Under the pieces are notes generated by a model. It saw nothing but the letters and a program-made list of their open reading frames with translations, was not told the DNA's origin and did no database searches. Shown here one piece after another: positions 34,518-38,862 of a stretch of DNA of 38,862 nucleotides (position 1 is its first letter; every line of letters starts with the position of its first letter). The position numbers and the translations under genes are program-made. This DNA comes from a virus (Duplodnaviria; Caudoviricetes), in the IMG/VR virus record IMGVR_UViG_3300031965_000085, positions 1 to 38,862 of that record. One strand, given 5' to 3'.

Positions 34518-34804
34518 GCGGCCCCATGGACGCCACCGTGCCCTGTCCTCACGGCGTCGACGTCTTCACCTGCCGGGAGTGCCTCGGCAGCCCCGACGAC
34601 TGCCGCCACGGGCTCGATCCCCGCACGTGCTCCGCGTGCCTGGGCAAGCCGCCGTTGGGCCAGGAGCCCGAGGTGGCCGAGCGGGTGTTCGCCGCCAAGT
34701 TCCCGGGCGACTGCCCCGGGTGCAACCTGCCCATCCACGTCGGCGAGCGCATCGCCGGGACCAGTCGCGGCCGGTACCTGCACGAGGGGTGCGTCGATGC
34801 CTGA
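34514..34804 (+). CDS. Cys-rich zinc-binding protein
   Basis: Two CxHG....C..C repeats and AKFPGDC..C...I..GE.I...HEGC. Confidence 0.65.
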   Translation: MSGPMDATVPCPHGVDVFTCRECLGSPDDCRHGLDPRTCSACLGKPPLGQEPEVAERVFAAKFPGDCPGCNLPIHVGERIAGTSRGRYLHEGCVDA

Positions 34805-34955
34805 GCTCGGGCCGACCCTCTGCGACGTCTGCTCGTCGCCGCTCGTGCTCCACACGGCCACGGACCGAGTGCACTGCCGTGCCGCCCGCATCGAGGAGAA
34901 GCGCCGGGCCCAGGCTGCCGGCGAGGTGCCCCGCTCCAACAAGGGCACGTCGTGA
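34797..34955 (+). CDS. Small hypothetical protein (52 aa)
   Basis: Read by hand: MPELGPTLCDVCSSPLVLH... Confidence 0.5.
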   Translation: MPELGPTLCDVCSSPLVLHTATDRVHCRAARIEEKRRAQAAGEVPRSNKGTS

Positions 34956-35131
34956 ACACCCGGCCGTGCCGGACGTGCGGCACCACGCTCACCCTCGACA
35001 ATGCCCGCACGTACCAGGGGCGTTGGCGCGGCCAGTGCCGGCCGTGCGAGAACGTCGAGAACCGGCCCCGCTTGCGTCGGGCCCGGGCGGCCCGGTTCGC
35101 TCGGGCTCGAGCCGCTAGGTCCGGCGCGTGA
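34952..35131 (+). CDS. Small zinc-ribbon protein (59 aa)
   Basis: Read by hand: CRTC...CRPC with basic tail; coupled at both ends. Confidence 0.55.
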   Translation: MNTRPCRTCGTTLTLDNARTYQGRWRGQCRPCENVENRPRLRRARAARFARARAARSGA

Positions 35132-35388
35132 CCGGCGGCCGTCATCGTGGGTTCCTGGTGCGGCCCGTCACGCCGTTCGTGGATGAGGCCGCGTGCCGGG
35201 ACTTCCCGGAGGTGGACTTCCACCCGCACCGCAACGGCGATCCGTTGCCGGCGCTCACCATCTGCCGGGCCTGCCCGGTCCGCGTGCCGTGCCTCGCGTA
35301 CGCGTTGGAGCACGGCGAGGTGGGGGTGTGGGGAGCGACGACCGACAAGATGCGCCGACGGATGAACCGGCGCGGGGTGCCGGCATGA
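35128..35388 (+). CDS. whiB: WhiB-family transcription factor
   Basis: Four Cys (AAC...ICRACPV...C) plus GVWGA. Confidence 0.88.
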   Translation: MTGGRHRGFLVRPVTPFVDEAACRDFPEVDFHPHRNGDPLPALTICRACPVRVPCLAYALEHGEVGVWGATTDKMRRRMNRRGVPA

Positions 35389-35648
35389 GCACCGTGCGCA
35401 TCGTCGTGGCCGTCAACATCCCCGCCGACCACGAGTACCTCGTCGACTACGGCACGGCCGACCAGGCCGCGAGCTTCCTCGATCACGTCGACGGCTGGCT
35501 CATGGACGACGACGTGACCTACGAGCTCGTCGAGGTCACCGGCCCGACCATCGAGCCGCGGCTCTGCGGGGTGTGCGGCTGCGAGGTCGCCACCGAACCG
35601 CATGACGCCGACCACCACCGTCGCGTCGGCAGGCCGGTGACCTCGTGA
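35385..35648 (+). CDS. Hypothetical protein
   Basis: ATGA overlap; 3' part of track ORF 35193..35648. Confidence 0.6.
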   Translation: MSTVRIVVAVNIPADHEYLVDYGTADQAASFLDHVDGWLMDDDVTYELVEVTGPTIEPRLCGVCGCEVATEPHDADHHRRVGRPVTS

Positions 35649-35920
35649 GCTGGGGTCTGGGCGGCCCGAGCCGCCGCATCACACCCGACGGCGTTCCGGG
35701 GCCCGTCTTCGAGGTGCCGTACACCGAGCCGAGCACCGACCTTGTGCTCCTGGCCGTCGCTCAGTGTCCGTGTTGCGGCGCTGACGTCCAGGCCGAGGTG
35801 GTCGACGAGCCCGCCATGTTCTACTTCGGCGGATACGGAGCGACTCGGCGGAGCGTGACCCGGTTGTGCCGGTGCGGCTGGTCGCTGCTCGCCCTCGTCA
35901 CCGAAGTGCGGCCGTCGTGA
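35645..35920 (+). CDS. Hypothetical zinc-ribbon protein
   Basis: CPCCG...CRCGW; coupled. Confidence 0.6.
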   Translation: MSWGLGGPSRRITPDGVPGPVFEVPYTEPSTDLVLLAVAQCPCCGADVQAEVVDEPAMFYFGGYGATRRSVTRLCRCGWSLLALVTEVRPS

Positions 35921-36372
35921 CCCAGTTCTTCGTCCCGGGTACCCCGACCGCTCAGGGGTCGAAGTCAGCGGTCGTGCGCAACGGTCGGGCCTTCGTCATC
36001 GAGGGCAAGGGCGAGGCCGGACGTCAGGCGTTCAAGGCGTGGCGCGCCCAGGTGACCGCCACCGCTCACGAGCACTTCCCCGCGCCTTTCGTCGGGCCGG
36101 TGCGGGTGTACGTCGACTTCTACTTCCCGAAGCCGAAGAGCGCCCCCAAGGCCATGATGTGGGCGGCCAAGCGGCCGGATGCCGACAAGGCTCTGCGCGC
36201 CGTGCTCGACGCTCTCACCGGCGTGGCGTTCGTCGATGACGGCCAGGTGGTCGACCTGCGCGGCCTCAAGTTCTACGCCGTCGGCAGCGATGGCCGGACC
36301 CCGATCACCACGGGCGCCGAGATCCGCGTCGAGATCGCCGCCGACCCCCGCGGCGACATGGAGGTGGCGTGA
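35917..36372 (+). CDS. rusA: RusA-like Holliday junction resolvase
   Basis: FVPGTP.AQGSK, KRPDADK..RAVLDALTG..F.DDGQVV....K.Y. Confidence 0.9.
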   Translation: MTQFFVPGTPTAQGSKSAVVRNGRAFVIEGKGEAGRQAFKAWRAQVTATAHEHFPAPFVGPVRVYVDFYFPKPKSAPKAMMWAAKRPDADKALRAVLDALTGVAFVDDGQVVDLRGLKFYAVGSDGRTPITTGAEIRVEIAADPRGDMEVA

Positions 36373-36773
36373 TGGCCACGCGCTGGGCGCTGATGAAGGC
36401 CGAGGACATCGGCGACCGCGGCGACGTGCTCCTGAGCCGCCTCCGGGTCGTCCAGACCCCGCTCTTCGCCGTCTACGTGCACGTGCACCAGCGGCCCGAC
36501 AAGGACCGCGAGCTGCACGACCACCCCTGGTCGTTCGTGAGCATCGTCCTGTCGGGCGGCTACCGGGAGGTGCGCGACGGCCTGCCGCTCGTGCATCGCC
36601 GCCGGTGGACCGCCGCGTACCGGCGGGCTGAGGACCTCCACCGCATCGCGGCTGTCGACCCGGGCACGTGGACGCTGCTGCTCGTGGGCCGCCGTCGGCG
36701 CGAGTGGGGGTTCGTGGTGCCCGGCGAGGGCTGGGTGCACTGGGAGACGTTCGTGGACCGAGGGCGACGCTGA
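36372..36773 (+). CDS. Cupin-like protein
   Basis: LHDHPWSFVSIVLSGGYRE...HRI...WTL...G.R.REWGF. Confidence 0.7.
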   Translation: MATRWALMKAEDIGDRGDVLLSRLRVVQTPLFAVYVHVHQRPDKDRELHDHPWSFVSIVLSGGYREVRDGLPLVHRRRWTAAYRRAEDLHRIAAVDPGTWTLLLVGRRRREWGFVVPGEGWVHWETFVDRGRR

Positions 36774-37189
36774 TGGCCGCCGCCCTGCTCTTCGCGATGG
36801 TCAGCTGGCTCGCGCCGCCGAACGCCTCGAGCGACCCGCCCAGCGAGCCGTGGAGCGCCCCGCCTGTTGTCCCGGCCCCAATGGACGCCTGGACGTGGGA
36901 TGGCGCCGAGCTGCCCGACCACCCCTACTACGAGCTGAGCCCGGAGCGCGTCGCCCAGTTCGACCGACTTGCCGAGTGCGAGTCGCGTCAGACGTGGGAC
37001 ATCAACACCGGCAACGGCTACAGCGGCGGAATCCAGTTCCATCCCCGGACGTGGCGGGCCATTGGGGGCCAAGGCCAGGCGTGGGAGGCCAGCCGCGAGG
37101 AGCAGATCCACCGCGGTGACCTGCTGCAGTCCCGTTACGGGTGGAGTCAATGGCCGGCGTGCAGCAGGCGCCTCCGGTTGGTCGACTGA
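36773..37189 (+). CDS. Resuscitation-promoting factor (Rpf)-like lytic transglycosylase
   Basis: FDRLAECES..W.INTGNGYSGGIQF...TW...GG...A..ASREEQI....L....GW.QWPACS; hydrophobic N-terminus. Confidence 0.92.
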   Translation: MAAALLFAMVSWLAPPNASSDPPSEPWSAPPVVPAPMDAWTWDGAELPDHPYYELSPERVAQFDRLAECESRQTWDINTGNGYSGGIQFHPRTWRAIGGQGQAWEASREEQIHRGDLLQSRYGWSQWPACSRRLRLVD

Positions 37190-37995
37190 TGACCCTCACC
37201 GTGGGTTCCCTGTTCTCCGGCATCGGCGGTCTGGATCTTGGCCTCGAGCGCGCCGGGATGACCGTGCGGTGGCAGTCGGAGATCGACCCCTACGCCTGCC
37301 GGGTGTTGGCGAAGCACTGGCCGACCGTCCCCAACCTGGGTGACGTCACCACCATCGACTGGAGCACCGTTGAGCGAGTCGACGTCATCGCGGGAGGGTT
37401 CCCGTGCCAGGACGTCAGCGACGCTGGCGACCGTGCCGGCATTGAAGGCGAGCTCAGCGGACTATGGACTCATTTCGCCACGGCCGTTCGCCACCTTCGA
37501 CCCGACCACGTCCTCGTGGAGAACGTCACAGGGCTCCTTGCTCGGGGGATGGGCCGAGTGGTCGGAGACCTGGCCGCAGTCGGGTACGACGTCGAATGGG
37601 ACTGCGTACCGGCGGCGGCCCTCGGCGCCCCCCACCTACGGGCCCGTCTCTTCCTTCTGGCCCACCCCCGTGGCCTCCGAGGCGAAGCGGACGACGCCGT
37701 ACAAGCAGGGTGGGATGAGCCTCAGCTACACCCTTGGTGGGCGACCGAGCCTGCCGTGGCTCGAATGGCTGATGGGGTTCCCCCCCGGGTGGACGGACAT
37801 CGGCTGAGGCTTCTCGGCAACGCCGTCGTGCCCCAGGTCGCGGAGTGGGTCGCCCGTCGCCTGGTGGGCTCCGGTGAGCCGGGACTTGGCTCCCCATGTC
37901 GCTGCCGCGGTGGCGATGCTCGGCCGGACCGGCGCCGAGGACGCCGAGATGGACGTCGTGCCGGACGAGGCCTTCCTGTGAGCGGGGACATCTGA
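37189..37995 (+). CDS. DNA cytosine-C5 methyltransferase, alpha polypeptide
   Basis: Motifs I (LFSGIGG), II (EID), IV (GGFPCQDVS), VI (ENV), VIII (RARLF), X (GNAVVPQVA); motif IX not recognisable in this frame. Confidence 0.9.
   Translation: MTLTVGSLFSGIGGLDLGLERAGMTVRWQSEIDPYACRVLAKHWPTVPNLGDVTTIDWSTVERVDVIAGGFPCQDVSDAGDRAGIEGELSGLWTHFATAVRHLRPDHVLVENVTGLLARGMGRVVGDLAAVGYDVEWDCVPAAALGAPHLRARLFLLAHPRGLRGEADDAVQAGWDEPQLHPWWATEPAVARMADGVPPRVDGHRLRLLGNAVVPQVAEWVARRLVGSGEPGLGSPCRCRGGDARPDRRRGRRDGRRAGRGLPVSGDI
37340..37807 (+). CDS. Overlapping +1-frame beta polypeptide of the C5 methyltransferase
   Basis: Nested ORF with WPTPVAS and PWLEWLMGFPPGWT (motif IX-like); exact start uncertain. Confidence 0.7.
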   Translation: MTSPPSTGAPLSESTSSREGSRARTSATLATVPALKASSADYGLISPRPFATFDPTTSSWRTSQGSLLGGWAEWSETWPQSGTTSNGTAYRRRPSAPPTYGPVSSFWPTPVASEAKRTTPYKQGGMSLSYTLGGRPSLPWLEWLMGFPPGWTDIG

Positions 37996-38408
37996 TGCCC
38001 GGTGAGATGTTCGCCCACGCGTGGGAGGCGCTCGAGGCTGCCGGCTACCGCCGCGCCGACTACGCCAGCATCACCGACGCGATCAACGCTGCGCTCGGGC
38101 GGCTCGTGGACACCACCACAGCCCTGGAGCGGCACGACGACCTCGTGGACGCCCTCATGGCCATCGCAGCGGCCCGCCAGGAGGCCGAAGACTGGGACCA
38201 CCTGTATTTCGACTGGCGGCTGCTCGCCCGGAAGATGGAATCCATTGCCCGCGCCGCTCTCGCTGCTGTGGCTCCTGCACCCCCGACCCCGACGGATGGG
38301 CAGCGATACCTCGACGACGCAACGGGCCGCGTCATGGAGTGGGACGCCCAAGCCGAAGCCTTCCGCCCCGTGGCGCCTCTCCCTGCTGCCCCGAAGGAGG
38401 ACAAGTGA
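37995..38408 (+). CDS. Hypothetical protein
   Basis: TGATG overlap; helical. Confidence 0.6.
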   Translation: MPGEMFAHAWEALEAAGYRRADYASITDAINAALGRLVDTTTALERHDDLVDALMAIAAARQEAEDWDHLYFDWRLLARKMESIARAALAAVAPAPPTPTDGQRYLDDATGRVMEWDAQAEAFRPVAPLPAAPKEDK

Positions 38409-38716
38409 GCGACGAAGTGGTGATCGTAAAGGGCCGCCTCGGCTGGGGCAACCCCGGCTCGGGCTCGGCTAGCCAGTTCGAGTTGTACGGCCCGGGTGAC
38501 CGCTGGGCGCCGATGCGCAACGGCCAACGGGTCCACGGTGGCGACCTCATCGCCGACGCCCTGGCCGAGGCGGGCGCCTCTGAGGGCCACCAGGTGCTCG
38601 TCATCGCCATCCCCAGGTTCGCCAACCCGGCCGTGCTCGACGCCATGGAGAAAGCCATCCGCGACGGCATCACCTACGTGCTCCCTGCTGCCCCGGAGGA
38701 GACGACCGATGGCTGA
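38405..38716 (+). CDS. Hypothetical protein
   Basis: AAGGAGG RBS; GTGA overlap. Confidence 0.65.
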   Translation: MSDEVVIVKGRLGWGNPGSGSASQFELYGPGDRWAPMRNGQRVHGGDLIADALAEAGASEGHQVLVIAIPRFANPAVLDAMEKAIRDGITYVLPAAPEETTDG

Positions 38717-38862
38717 GCCGCTGATGGTGCCCTGCGAGGGTAGCGGCCACGTGACGCCCCATCGCCTGTGCCAGATGTGCGGCCGGGGCGATGTCGTAGC
38801 CCGTGATGGCCGAGTGTCGGTGCACGACCGTCCCGACATCCTCGCCATGCTCGACCGTGGAG
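38709..38862 (+). CDS. Hypothetical protein, truncated by window end
   Basis: GGAGGAG RBS; MAEPLMVPCEGSG...CQMC; no stop before the end. Confidence 0.5.
   Translation, partial: MAEPLMVPCEGSGHVTPHRLCQMCGRGDVVARDGRVSVHDRPDILAMLDRG

Larger units (their letters stand above)
1..38862. mobile_element. Temperate siphovirus genome or prophage of an actinobacterial host (partial or near-complete)
   Basis: Canonical order terminase-portal-protease-capsid-neck-tail-lysis-integrase-repressor-early genes; no host housekeeping genes seen; tight translational coupling throughout. Confidence 0.97.

Overview
The window is most of a high-GC (roughly 70%) temperate siphovirus genome or prophage infecting an actinobacterium (WhiB, Rpf, DUF2510-like and ReqiPepy6 Gp37-like genes). 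The left arm (62-24628, + strand, almost all genes coupled by ATGA/GTGA/TGATG overlaps) runs terminase, portal, HK97-type protease and capsid, neck, tail tube, chaperone, tape measure, baseplate, GH25 endolysin and five membrane proteins. The centre (24671-27372) holds two accessory genes, a short tyrosine integrase, an XRE repressor and a divergent Cro/Xis-like gene. The right arm (27369-end) carries early genes: HNH, metallopeptidase, J-domain protein, YqaJ/RecT, WhiB, RusA, Rpf and a C5 methyltransferase. No primase, helicase or polymerase is visible in the window. The most notable observations are: (1) an enzyme set inside the head operon (2OG-Fe(II) hydroxylase, tandem glycosyltransferase, proteasome-beta/HslV-like Ntn hydrolase with Thr1-Asp17-Lys33, SAM methyltransferase), suggesting a virion-modification pathway; (2) a stand-alone Rpf gene among the early genes; (3) a 68-aa protein that is little more than an LPXTG sorting signal; (4) hallmarks of integration-dependent immunity without a tRNA-like attP; (5) a C5 methyltransferase split over two overlapping frames. 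All calls come from motif recognition by eye; no searches were run.
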